From NCBI GenBank assembly GCA_965204725.1, contig OZ242005.1, forward strand, positions 3,488,001 to 3,552,000: a stretch of DNA of 64,000 nt, in the 5' to 3' direction. This document shows, in pieces, positions 28,006-37,677 of the stretch. The stretch comes from Candidatus Latescibacterota bacterium (GTDB lineage: Bacteria; Latescibacterota; UBA2968; UBA8231). Made by a program: the position numbers and the translations under genes. The notes under the pieces were generated by a model. That model was not told where the DNA came from. It saw nothing but the letters and a program-made list of their open reading frames with translations, and ran no database searches. Numbering within the stretch: the first letter of the stretch is position 1; each line of letters starts with the position of its first letter.

Positions 28006-28737
28006 ATGATGCGGTTCGGTTCGTGGCTTTGTTCCCTAGCGATGTTGGCAGGATGTGGACGTTATTTCGACGGGCCAATTCAGCCCGCTCCACAGGGACA
28101 GCAGGAGGCCGACATGGTCGTTAAAGACGACGGCTTGATCACCTATTCTTTCGAGCGTCTGGAGATCGGTCTGCGCCCCATGACCGACGCCGAATTGAAC
28201 CGCAAATTCCCCCAGCAATCCACGCAGGGGCCTGTATCGACCAATCCCTATACTTTCGGCAACTGGCAGCGCATGGGCGACGAGTGGACCCCGCCCAAGC
28301 ACAGCGTATGGCTGCTAAAAGTTAAAAACTATGCTTACCCCAAAGTCGGCGTCGATCCCCTCAAAATTGAGCTGATTTCAAAGGATGGGTATCGCAAGTA
28401 CGCGCCTTTAGAACCGCTACAGATTCTGGAATACTACTATTCGTTTATTCAGGGATATGCCGGCAACGAATACCGGCGCTTTAACGAGCGCGAAGACGTG
28501 CTCGGGCGCACCATGTTTCAGGAGCAGATCGTCTTCAGCGGCCAAGAGGCCGAGGGTTTTGTCGTTTTTCCGAGCTTGGCTCCCGACGTGACGGAGTTTT
28601 CCATCCGCGTCAGTGACATTGCATTGCGATACAATTATCGCAACGAGCCGGTCGAGACCAAGGAGCTAACCTTTCACTTTCAGCGCGAGGTGTTTAAGGG
28701 GTTTCAGCCACCGCCCGAACTAGTGAATAGGCCATGA
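28006..28737 (+). CDS. Hypothetical lipoprotein
   Basis: Lipobox LAGC; stop overlaps next ATG (ATGA). Confidence 0.75.
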   Translation: MMRFGSWLCSLAMLAGCGRYFDGPIQPAPQGQQEADMVVKDDGLITYSFERLEIGLRPMTDAELNRKFPQQSTQGPVSTNPYTFGNWQRMGDEWTPPKHSVWLLKVKNYAYPKVGVDPLKIELISKDGYRKYAPLEPLQILEYYYSFIQGYAGNEYRRFNEREDVLGRTMFQEQIVFSGQEAEGFVVFPSLAPDVTEFSIRVSDIALRYNYRNEPVETKELTFHFQREVFKGFQPPPELVNRP

Positions 28738-30641
28738 TGGCTTCCTTTCGACAAACCGCTTTGGTCGGGCTGATCTTGTCGTTCTGCATTAGACCAGCGG
28801 AACTGCGAGCCGATGTCTGGGGAGTCGGCTTGGGTGGACAAGCCTGGGAGGAGCCGGCGCAGACTATGGCGGGGGTAGTCGTAGGTTCAGGACAGGTACT
28901 AGGGCCGGCCAGCTTTTCGCTCGATCAAAACATAACTCAGTTCATCGTCTGGGGGGTCGGCGCGCCCAGCAGCTTTATCGCCGAAGGCAACGGACGGGTG
29001 TGGAACAATTCGGCGCTGGGCATTGAGGGGTCTGAGGTTCTGGTCGATGGGGATGGCACGACCAGCACGGAAAACCGCTTTAAGGAAGTGGGGGTCAATC
29101 AGCGCGGACGCATTTTTTTTCTCGATCTCGGGGCTTCGTTTCCAGTTAGTCAAGTTGTTTTTTACCCCCGTGAAGGAGAGGATGAGTTCGTCGCCGGCTA
29201 CGAAATATCGCTCAATAACGGGCGCACTTTCGACGCCAATGACTCGCCCGTTTACGAGGCCGTGCGCCAAGTGACAATTAACCGCGATCCAAGAGTGGAT
29301 GCGCGCTTCCCGACGCAACTGGTGCGCTTTATTCAGCTCAGAGTGCTTTCACCCAACCCCTTTGAACTGGCGGAAATCGAGGTCCACGGCGAAGGCTTCG
29401 TGCCGCGTGGGCTCTACGAAACCCAGCTCATCGAGTTTGCCCAGTCTGTCAACTATGGCGCATTGACTTTTCGGGCGCGCAAGGTTTCGCTGTCTGAGGA
29501 AAGAGAAAGCAGCGCGGGGGCCGATGAGCCAGTACGGGCGATCGTGCAGATGCGCAACGGCATCGACGAAACGCCTCTCGACTACTACCAAATCGCCGAC
29601 GTAGAGACTCAGTCGGAAGTGCTGGTCAGCAAAGAAGAGTACGACGATCTACCGTCGATCATCAAGGGCAGCATTCGCCCAGACGCCACCCACTGGTCCG
29701 CTTGGACGGAGCCTCTCATCGCCGACTCCAGCGGCACGTACTCCATGCCGCTGGATCTACCGGGGCCGCGCGATTTTTTTCAAGTGCGCCTGCGCTTTGA
29801 GGGCAATACCTCCGCGAGCATGCAGGTCGATAGTTTGGCCATCGTACATACGCCGCCGCTGGCCGCGCTGGCATTGAGCGAAGTAGCCCTATTGGATGAT
29901 CCCTTTCCGGTCGGTGGGCGCGCGTCCGTTCCGGCCGGTCGGGATACGGTTTTTACCTACGACATAAAGGCCGACTTAGGCGACGGAACGGGCTTTGACG
30001 GCGTGCGCATCTCAACGCTGAGACAGCCCGAGTTTCTCAAACTGGAAATGGGGGACGAACTGGCGGAAACACCGCCGGATAGCGTGCGCTTAGACGATAC
30101 AGGTTTGCGCGTCTATTTCCCGTCCCGGCGCATTAGCACCGGAGAAGATGTGCGTCTGCGGATTACGTTTCGCTCGCAGGCCCTGCTGTTTGCCACCCAG
30201 TTTACGGGACAGCTTCTCGATACGACCGGCAGCCTTCCCCAGCGCATTGCCGAGGGCGACGCAACGCGGGAAGTGGGCACGGATTCGCAAGAGGTGATTT
30301 TTCGCGCCAGCGGCGAAAGCGTGTTGCAGTCCTTTTCCGTTTCCCCGCCGGTCATAACGCCCAACGGCGATGGCATAAACGATTCGTCCGTATTCTCCTT
30401 TGTGCTCATCCACTTGGTGCAGCCCGCCGCGGCCGAACTGCTCGTGTACGATCTTTCGGGTCGATTGATAAAAAACGTGCTCTCCGATGCGCTGACCGCC
30501 GGGCGTTATACCGAATGGCACTGGGACGGAACGAACAATGCCGGCGATCCGGTGCCACCGGGGACCTATATCGCCAGAGCGGCGGTCGAGGCGGCAGCCG
30601 ACGCAGTCAATCGCACGCGCCTGATTCACGTGGCCTACTAG
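28734..30641 (+). CDS. Exported protein with discoidin-like region and C-terminal FlgD-Ig/CHU_C-type domain (paralog 1)
   Basis: Signal peptide; DLG, AEIEVHGEGF, ITPNGDGIND, VYDLSGR, WDG..PPGTY, terminal VAY. Confidence 0.8.
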   Translation: MMASFRQTALVGLILSFCIRPAELRADVWGVGLGGQAWEEPAQTMAGVVVGSGQVLGPASFSLDQNITQFIVWGVGAPSSFIAEGNGRVWNNSALGIEGSEVLVDGDGTTSTENRFKEVGVNQRGRIFFLDLGASFPVSQVVFYPREGEDEFVAGYEISLNNGRTFDANDSPVYEAVRQVTINRDPRVDARFPTQLVRFIQLRVLSPNPFELAEIEVHGEGFVPRGLYETQLIEFAQSVNYGALTFRARKVSLSEERESSAGADEPVRAIVQMRNGIDETPLDYYQIADVETQSEVLVSKEEYDDLPSIIKGSIRPDATHWSAWTEPLIADSSGTYSMPLDLPGPRDFFQVRLRFEGNTSASMQVDSLAIVHTPPLAALALSEVALLDDPFPVGGRASVPAGRDTVFTYDIKADLGDGTGFDGVRISTLRQPEFLKLEMGDELAETPPDSVRLDDTGLRVYFPSRRISTGEDVRLRITFRSQALLFATQFTGQLLDTTGSLPQRIAEGDATREVGTDSQEVIFRASGESVLQSFSVSPPVITPNGDGINDSSVFSFVLIHLVQPAAAELLVYDLSGRLIKNVLSDALTAGRYTEWHWDGTNNAGDPVPPGTYIARAAVEAAADAVNRTRLIHVAY

Positions 30642-30665
30642 CCCATCAAACGCGGGAAACTGAGC

Positions 30666-32615
30666 ATGAAGCACATCGCGGCACTCGCTCTTTTGCTCTC
30701 GGCCCCTTGGTTTGCAGAAGCACAGATAGAGCGCTTGGTGCTGGGCACAGGAGACAACGGCTGGGAAGACCTAGCGGCGTTGATGGGCGGTATGTGGGTC
30801 GTGGACGGCAGCTTGCAGCCCTACGAATTGGATCCAGCGGTCAATATCGCGCTGGGCGAGAAGAAGGGCAGCTCGCGCACCGATGTCTTCGGCAACGTCT
30901 GGGGAGGAGAGCGGGCCGGGCCGCAGGCCGCACGCCTGATTCCCGGCCAGCCCGAGGTCTTGGGTGACAACGGCTTTCAACAGACCGTGGACGGCGACAC
31001 AACCCGGTCCGTGGCCATTGTCTCCGGCTATTATTACTACAACCTAGGTTGGGAATTGCCCATCAAACGCATCCGCTTTTTTCCCCCAGCCGAAGGGCGC
31101 ACTCAGACCGATGATCGCAAGCGGATCACGCCGGGCCTACCGCTCAAAAACGCCTATCCCAAAATTTATGAGGTTTGGGCTGCAATGGATGGAGAGCGCT
31201 TTAAGCAAGGGCAGTTCGACCTTTTACTAGAGCAGAATCTCAACCAAACCACGCGCATTGCCAATGCTCGTTTTCCCACCCAGCCCTTGCAGTTCATTTT
31301 CCTAAACTTCCCGGAACTAGGCGTCATTGCCGAGGTGGAGTTTTATGGCGAGGGCTTTGTGCAAAAATCGCAATACATCTCCAAGGTGATCGACATCGGC
31401 GAGCCGGTCAACTTCGGGCGGGTCATACCTTATTTCAACGGGTTCGCCAAAAAAGGCATCGACAGCGACCCCGAACTTTTGGCAGAAAATCCCATCTCCT
31501 TTGCGCTGGAAACCCAGACCGGCCGGGACGATACGCCACATATCTATACCATATACACCGAGCTGAGGACCGAACGCGAAGTAAGTTTTGCCAAATGGGA
31601 TAGAGCACCGCGCGACGATTATGTGCGCCCAGGGGCCCGGGGACCGGAGCGGCCCGACGTGGACAACTGGAGCTTCTGGTCGGTGCCGCAAAAAACGTCT
31701 GACGGCGAGGCCATAGCGACCCTTTCGCCGGATAATCGGCAGTACCTCAAAATCAACTTCACGATGGAGAGCGAGGATTTGTTCACCTATGGCCGGATGG
31801 ATTCGCTGGTCGTAGAATACTCGCCTTTGCTGGTCGATGCGGTCGTCGGGGAGGTCGCATTACAGGACGAACCACAGCCGCTTGGGCGCAAGACGGAAGT
31901 GCCCTTGGGCGAGGAGCGCGTTTTCACGTTTGACGTGCGGGCCAATTTTGAGGCGGCGACCAAGTCGGGCTTTGACGCTTTAAGGCTGCAAACCCCGGCC
32001 CGCGCCCAGTTTATAGGGCTGGAAATGGGCGACCCCTTGGTCGCGGTGGAGCCCGACAGCATCGCGGAAAAACAGGGGGAGTTGGTCATCTATTTTCCGT
32101 CCAACCGCATCGTGGCCGCAGACAATAGGCCGCTGCGGCTGCTATTCAAAACGGGCGTCTTCAGTTTTAATGCCCTGTTTGAGGGCGAGGTGTTTGTCGT
32201 GGGGGGGGAAGGACAGCCCCAATCCATCGATCCCGGCGACGCCAACGCGGCCGTATCGACCAATTCCATCGAGGTGCTGGCGCGGAGCGAGGAGTTGGAT
32301 GTGCTGAGCGCATTAGACGTAAGAGCAACCGTAGTGACCCCGAATGGCGACGGGCGCAACGACACGCTTGAACTGGCCTATTCCCTGCTCGGCGTCCAAG
32401 CCAGCCAAGTGGTCTTTGCAATCTACGATTTGCGCGGGCGCAAAGTGCATGCGCTAGCGGCCAATTCGAGAAGCGAAGGGCGTTACGTCGAAGAGTGGGA
32501 TGGACGGGGAGCGGGGACGGGGCGCGTGGCACCGGGCTTGTACCTCGCCCGACTTTCCGTCGCGACGGATGCGGGCGACTTCACGCGCACGCGCATTATT
32601 GCGGTGGCCTACTAA
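30666..32615 (+). CDS. Exported protein with C-terminal FlgD-Ig/CHU_C-type domain (paralog 2)
   Basis: Signal peptide AEA-Q; AEVEFYGEGF, WSFWS, VTPNGDGRND, IYDLRGR, WDG..APGLY, terminal VAY. Confidence 0.8.
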   Translation: MKHIAALALLLSAPWFAEAQIERLVLGTGDNGWEDLAALMGGMWVVDGSLQPYELDPAVNIALGEKKGSSRTDVFGNVWGGERAGPQAARLIPGQPEVLGDNGFQQTVDGDTTRSVAIVSGYYYYNLGWELPIKRIRFFPPAEGRTQTDDRKRITPGLPLKNAYPKIYEVWAAMDGERFKQGQFDLLLEQNLNQTTRIANARFPTQPLQFIFLNFPELGVIAEVEFYGEGFVQKSQYISKVIDIGEPVNFGRVIPYFNGFAKKGIDSDPELLAENPISFALETQTGRDDTPHIYTIYTELRTEREVSFAKWDRAPRDDYVRPGARGPERPDVDNWSFWSVPQKTSDGEAIATLSPDNRQYLKINFTMESEDLFTYGRMDSLVVEYSPLLVDAVVGEVALQDEPQPLGRKTEVPLGEERVFTFDVRANFEAATKSGFDALRLQTPARAQFIGLEMGDPLVAVEPDSIAEKQGELVIYFPSNRIVAADNRPLRLLFKTGVFSFNALFEGEVFVVGGEGQPQSIDPGDANAAVSTNSIEVLARSEELDVLSALDVRATVVTPNGDGRNDTLELAYSLLGVQASQVVFAIYDLRGRKVHALAANSRSEGRYVEEWDGRGAGTGRVAPGLYLARLSVATDAGDFTRTRIIAVAY

Positions 32616-32633
32616 CGCTTTCGAGGATGTACC

Positions 32634-34946
32634 ATGAGAACACGCGCTGCGACTCGCCTTTTGTTCGTCGCCACCCTGTGGGCAGCAGGAGCCTATGCCG
32701 ACGAACTGCGCCTGAGTAGCCCAGCGGACTGGCAGACGTGGGCTATTCCCAAGGGCACGCTAGAAATTGCCGACGACGGCAGCATTCGCCTAGCGTGGAT
32801 GCGCCGCAATATAAACGCCGTGGCCGATGCCGCAGCGTTTTCCCATAGCGAGGGCAAGAAACAGGTTTTTGGCGGCATTCGCCAAGCCAACTCAAACCCC
32901 CAAGACGCGGCCAACGTCATTGACCAAGACCCATCGACTTGGTGGCAGCCATCCGCCGACGATCCGCTCGAAGATTGGTGGATCGAAATCGACCTCGGTC
33001 GGCCGGTACTGGCGCGCAAGTTGCGCTTAGTCTTTCCCGACGAACTCAACGCCAAGCCCTTCCGCAATTTCACTGCTTACATAAGCAACGGAGTCGATAC
33101 GCGCTTTGGCGTAACCTACAATCCGGTCGCTGTCACTACAAAACCCAATGTGGAGCGCGTTTTCGAGGTCGATCTAAAGCGAATTGAGTTCGGTCAGGCC
33201 AGCGGCGAACACCTCATAGAGCAAGACACGCTAGATTTTGCCCTCGTTCAGCATGTGCGCCTAGTCCCCACGGAAAAGAATCCGGGCGCGGCGCTGGCCG
33301 AGGTCGAAGTGGATGCACTCGGCGATAATCTCGCCATCGGCACGGTGGAACGGGGCGGGTCGGCGCGAGCGGGGCGGAGCGAAGACAAGATCGGCATGAT
33401 CTTCGACGGGGATGTCAATACCAACTGGCGGGTTGCGGTCGGCGGCGATCAGGCCAAGGTGGGCAATCTCAGGACCTACGTCGAAGACGGCGATTGGTTT
33501 GAATGGGACTTGGGCGCCACCTTCTGGGTGGACCACCTTTCTCATCTGGACCTGACGGTTGAAGAGGGGTCTCGCGGCAGCACCTCCAACGGCGCCAAGC
33601 TATTTATCCTCACCACCTCCGACGGCACGCCGGCCAGCGGCCTGACTAGCGACCGCATCCGCAGCAATTTCGACTACCAAGAACTCAGCGACGTATTCAA
33701 CGACATACTGCCCTTCCAACAGTCGTATCACTTTGCATTCCCGCTGCGGAAAATCCGCTACATCTTCTACCACCGCAGCGGCATTCCGGCTCGCCTACAG
33801 ATCCGCCAGTCGGTTTTTGAATACATCCTCCACGGCGAAGGGCACGTGGCAGCGACGGAAATGGTGTCGGACTTCATCGACTTAGGAGCCATGAAGAGCG
33901 TGAGCGAGTTGTCGTGGGACGCCGATTTACCCGCCGGTACGCAGATCGAAATTCGCTCGCAGACGGGCAATACCTTTGAACTGCAAAAGAGGTACTACCA
34001 CAAAAACGGCACGGAACTGGATTCGGCCCGCTTTGGCAAGCTGCCCAAGAGCGTGCGCGGGCGCATCGACATCCTCAAGCTCAAAGGGCCGGATTGGAGC
34101 GGCTGGAGCCAGCCCTACGATTTTCCCGCGGAGGCATTCCTCTCGCCGACGCCCAGACAATTTCTGCAACTACAGGTTCGACTGGCCAACGACGATCCCC
34201 AGCTAACGCCGGTCCTGCGCTCCCTGACGCTAAAATTCGACGACCCGCTCGTCAGCGGTGGCATTGCTGCCCGCATATTGCCGCGCGAGGTCGGGCTAGA
34301 TTCGCTACAGCGCTTTACGTATTTGCTGCAACCGACCTTTGAGCGCAACGACCAAGGCTTTGACGAGGTTTTTATTCAAGTGCCGGGCGCGGTGCAAGAG
34401 GTCGGCGTCCGAGTCGGCGGACAGCGGGTGCAGCCGAGGGACGTTGAGCTGGCGGACGGGCTGCTAAGGGTCGGGCTGCCGGAGCGGGTGCGGGAGGATT
34501 CGGTGGAAGTGCTGTTTACCGCGCAGGTAACGACCAATGCCACTCTCTTTGAGGCCTGGGCCGGGGACAGCCAGCAGAATGTGCGCCAAGGCGTCGAACC
34601 CTTAGAGCCGCGTTCCATGATCGTTTTTGTGCCCGAGGTGGCCGGTGGAGTTTTGCTGCGCCACGTGCAAGTGACTCCGATTGTTACGCCCAACGGCGAT
34701 GGCGTAAACGACGAAGCGCGCATCAACTTCATCGTGGTCCAAGTTGAGGGCAATCCCAACGTAGATATCTACGACCTAACCGGATCGCACCTGCGGACGC
34801 TCGACTTAGGCGACACGGGTTTCGCGTGGGATGGCCGGGACGATGCGGGAGCGGTTTTGCCACCCGGGGTGTATGTCTGCCGCATCCAGATGGAAGCCGA
34901 CTCTGGAGACCAGTCGGTGTACCGCACCATTCGTTTGGCCTATTAA
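32634..34946 (+). CDS. Exported protein with F5/8 discoidin domains and FlgD-Ig/CHU_C-type domain (paralog 3)
   Basis: Signal peptide AYA-D; ID.DPSTWW, WIEIDLG, WSGWS, VTPNGDGVND, WDGRD..PPGVY, terminal LAY. Confidence 0.8.
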   Translation: MRTRAATRLLFVATLWAAGAYADELRLSSPADWQTWAIPKGTLEIADDGSIRLAWMRRNINAVADAAAFSHSEGKKQVFGGIRQANSNPQDAANVIDQDPSTWWQPSADDPLEDWWIEIDLGRPVLARKLRLVFPDELNAKPFRNFTAYISNGVDTRFGVTYNPVAVTTKPNVERVFEVDLKRIEFGQASGEHLIEQDTLDFALVQHVRLVPTEKNPGAALAEVEVDALGDNLAIGTVERGGSARAGRSEDKIGMIFDGDVNTNWRVAVGGDQAKVGNLRTYVEDGDWFEWDLGATFWVDHLSHLDLTVEEGSRGSTSNGAKLFILTTSDGTPASGLTSDRIRSNFDYQELSDVFNDILPFQQSYHFAFPLRKIRYIFYHRSGIPARLQIRQSVFEYILHGEGHVAATEMVSDFIDLGAMKSVSELSWDADLPAGTQIEIRSQTGNTFELQKRYYHKNGTELDSARFGKLPKSVRGRIDILKLKGPDWSGWSQPYDFPAEAFLSPTPRQFLQLQVRLANDDPQLTPVLRSLTLKFDDPLVSGGIAARILPREVGLDSLQRFTYLLQPTFERNDQGFDEVFIQVPGAVQEVGVRVGGQRVQPRDVELADGLLRVGLPERVREDSVEVLFTAQVTTNATLFEAWAGDSQQNVRQGVEPLEPRSMIVFVPEVAGGVLLRHVQVTPIVTPNGDGVNDEARINFIVVQVEGNPNVDIYDLTGSHLRTLDLGDTGFAWDGRDDAGAVLPPGVYVCRIQMEADSGDQSVYRTIRLAY

Positions 34947-34987
34947 AACAGTACGTGTTGCACAGCGGTAAAAAAGGGAGGGAACAA

Positions 34988-37642
34988 ATGGGCCGGAAGT
35001 TTTTCGGTGCTCTGCTAACGGGTTGCCTTTTGGCAGGTGGCGCGTTAGCCGAAGGCCTGCAATCGGGCTTTCTCAACCCCTATGTAACCAGTGGGGTGCG
35101 GATATCGCCCCAGACCATCGCGCCGACTATGCGGAAATGGTATCTGCCCCAGACGCTCTACGACATCTACGGATGGAAAAACTGGGAGTACACCAACTAC
35201 GCCAAAGATCGCTACGAGCGCTATACCGACATCGTGCTGCAAGGCCAACGATTTTACGATATCTACGGCAATTACATCACGCGCGGCTGGAGGATCTACG
35301 AGTGGGCGCAGCAGCACCCCACGGAAACGGGCAGTGCAATCGATAAGTCTGTGGAGTTCAACAACTGGTTCAACAACCTCGTCATTTCAACGGCGTCGCA
35401 GGGCCAATACCACATGGCGTTGACCGTGGGCGAGCAGCTAAGGACCACCCTGACGCCAATGACCTTTTCCAAACCGCTGTTCAACGGCTTGCAGTGGGAT
35501 TTCCTCTCCGATAAATACGCCCTGACGCTACTCGCCTCGCGCACGGACAACCCCGCTCTGGCCGCCACGGCGACCAACCGCGACCAAGGGGCTACGGTGC
35601 GGACGATCTTCACCAATCTGCTCGGCCTGCGCGGCACGGCCCAGATCGGCGATTTTATCAGGCTGGGCACCACTTACGTCAACGCGGGCCACTGGAACAG
35701 CTCGGAGAGCTTTGGCAACAACTCGCTCAAGGGCACACTCGGCGGCAACCTACAGGCGGGCAACGTGCAGCGCCTCCTAGTGCGTCTGTCCGACGATTCG
35801 CCCGAGGATGGCGAAGGAGGGGCGTTGCTCTTTTTGCACCGCGTGTACATAAATGGCGTGGAGCATCCCGAAATTTCCGACCGGGCACTCGTTGATGGCG
35901 GCGTCCGGCGGCAGGGACGCTGGGAGGCCAGCGGTGGCAACAACATCATCATTACCTACGACATCGAGCGCGACTTCACGCCCATTCCCGGCGAAGACGA
36001 GATCATCGACTTCAAGGAAATCAAAAAGATCGAGATCGAATTGGTCTTAGCCAACGACTACGCCGTTGAAGTCACTTCCAATATGCAGGTCAACAACACG
36101 GGCGAGCCCGTATTTTTGCCTGTCACCCGCGCCGCGAAAAACATCAAGGACGGCTCCAACCAGCGCGTGGTGCGCTTTAGCTACGGCTTGCCAACGGCCA
36201 ACGAAGTCGCCGGTCTCACCATGGAAATCGACGACCTCTTAGGCGGGTTTAACTTGCGCGCCGAATACAACATTAACCGCAAGTACCGCCGCTTCCCCAA
36301 CCAGAACTTCACCTACAATCAGGCGTTGGGGAAAGAGAGTGCCGAGGGCTACTATGCAACGGCGTCGCACAATAGGTATCCGTGGTTCGCCTATGGCGAA
36401 ATTTTTAGCATGGACCCAGGCTACCAAACATTTATGTTCGTACCCGACAGCAACGGGCGCATCAACTACGAAAGTGCCGTAAACAACGTCTATGAATTCG
36501 TAGATGACAACGACGACCAAGACCGCTTCCCCGACTGGCGTCGGCGTACCTTTAGCAGTTCCTCGTCGGAGCGTTTGCTGATCCAGCGGGCTGACGTGGC
36601 GGTCTTTCCCGGCTACGACGAGAACAACGACTTGGTGTCGGATTTCAACCAGAACGACAACGGCATGCCGGACTATCTAGAGCCTTTTGTGCGCTACGAT
36701 GTCGATCCACTGGAGTTTCTCTACGGCACGGACATGAACAACAACACCGTGATCGACCGCTTTGAGAACGACGAGGAAGCGGACTACCCGTATCCGCGCG
36801 ACCACCGCGGTTACAACTTCTACGGTGGTGCCGAACTCAAGCCGGGCAGCCGCATAATGGTCGGTCGCATGCGCGAGTGGCTGCTGAGCAGCAATCGCCG
36901 CAGCAAGTCGCTCTACGGTCTGTTGACCCTGACTCACGAGATGCCTCGGCACGGTTTGCAGGTCCAGCTCTACAACGGCCTTCGCCGGGTTGAGGATAAC
37001 ATCCCCGAAAACGTCATTTTGTGGGTGCAGAGTCCGCGCACGCGGGGCGATATGCGCCCCTTTGTCGATCCCCTGATTGCGCAAAACGCGCTGGTCAACA
37101 CCACCTTTCTGAGTGCGCAGACGCGCAAATACGCCCCGCTCAATCTGGAAACCAAGCTGAAGTACGAGATCTATCACCAGCGCGGCGACCAGCCGTCAGC
37201 AAACCGGCAGGACGAGGAGCTCCTCGCGCTGATCACCAAGGCGGACCTGCCCATTCCGTTGGGTAAACACGTGCTGTGGCCCAAGTGGAAACAGCTCTAC
37301 AAGCGGCGCTCGCCCACCGACAAAAGCGAGTTGGAGAACAACGAGCTAGCGGAAATTTTCTTCTTCGTATGGCAGCAGGAGCTGCTCAGCACAATGCGCT
37401 TAGAATCCGGCATCGAGTACGAGATTTTCAGGAACATGGTCCCGCGCACCGATCCACTGCCCGCCGGCTATGTAGATGATTTTGAACAGTTCGTGATTGC
37501 GGCCCAGCTATCCAATCGCTCGGACTATCTGGGCTATCGCCTGACGACCAACATCGGCGGGCGCTGGGAGCGGCGCGATTTCCGCGACGAGACGACGACG
37601 GATCTGGTGCTTTTTCTGAGCATGTTTGCCGGCTTGCAATAG
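34988..37642 (+). CDS. Large exported hypothetical protein, probable outer-membrane barrel with Ca-binding-like loops
   Basis: GGGAGG RBS, signal peptide ALA-E, DxNxD loops (DDNDDQD, DENND, DMNNN), amphipathic strands at the C-terminus. Confidence 0.7.
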   Translation: MGRKFFGALLTGCLLAGGALAEGLQSGFLNPYVTSGVRISPQTIAPTMRKWYLPQTLYDIYGWKNWEYTNYAKDRYERYTDIVLQGQRFYDIYGNYITRGWRIYEWAQQHPTETGSAIDKSVEFNNWFNNLVISTASQGQYHMALTVGEQLRTTLTPMTFSKPLFNGLQWDFLSDKYALTLLASRTDNPALAATATNRDQGATVRTIFTNLLGLRGTAQIGDFIRLGTTYVNAGHWNSSESFGNNSLKGTLGGNLQAGNVQRLLVRLSDDSPEDGEGGALLFLHRVYINGVEHPEISDRALVDGGVRRQGRWEASGGNNIIITYDIERDFTPIPGEDEIIDFKEIKKIEIELVLANDYAVEVTSNMQVNNTGEPVFLPVTRAAKNIKDGSNQRVVRFSYGLPTANEVAGLTMEIDDLLGGFNLRAEYNINRKYRRFPNQNFTYNQALGKESAEGYYATASHNRYPWFAYGEIFSMDPGYQTFMFVPDSNGRINYESAVNNVYEFVDDNDDQDRFPDWRRRTFSSSSSERLLIQRADVAVFPGYDENNDLVSDFNQNDNGMPDYLEPFVRYDVDPLEFLYGTDMNNNTVIDRFENDEEADYPYPRDHRGYNFYGGAELKPGSRIMVGRMREWLLSSNRRSKSLYGLLTLTHEMPRHGLQVQLYNGLRRVEDNIPENVILWVQSPRTRGDMRPFVDPLIAQNALVNTTFLSAQTRKYAPLNLETKLKYEIYHQRGDQPSANRQDEELLALITKADLPIPLGKHVLWPKWKQLYKRRSPTDKSELENNELAEIFFFVWQQELLSTMRLESGIEYEIFRNMVPRTDPLPAGYVDDFEQFVIAAQLSNRSDYLGYRLTTNIGGRWERRDFRDETTTDLVLFLSMFAGLQ

Positions 37643-37677
37643 CCCCAGACAAAATTGGCAACCCAGCGGCCAATTGA

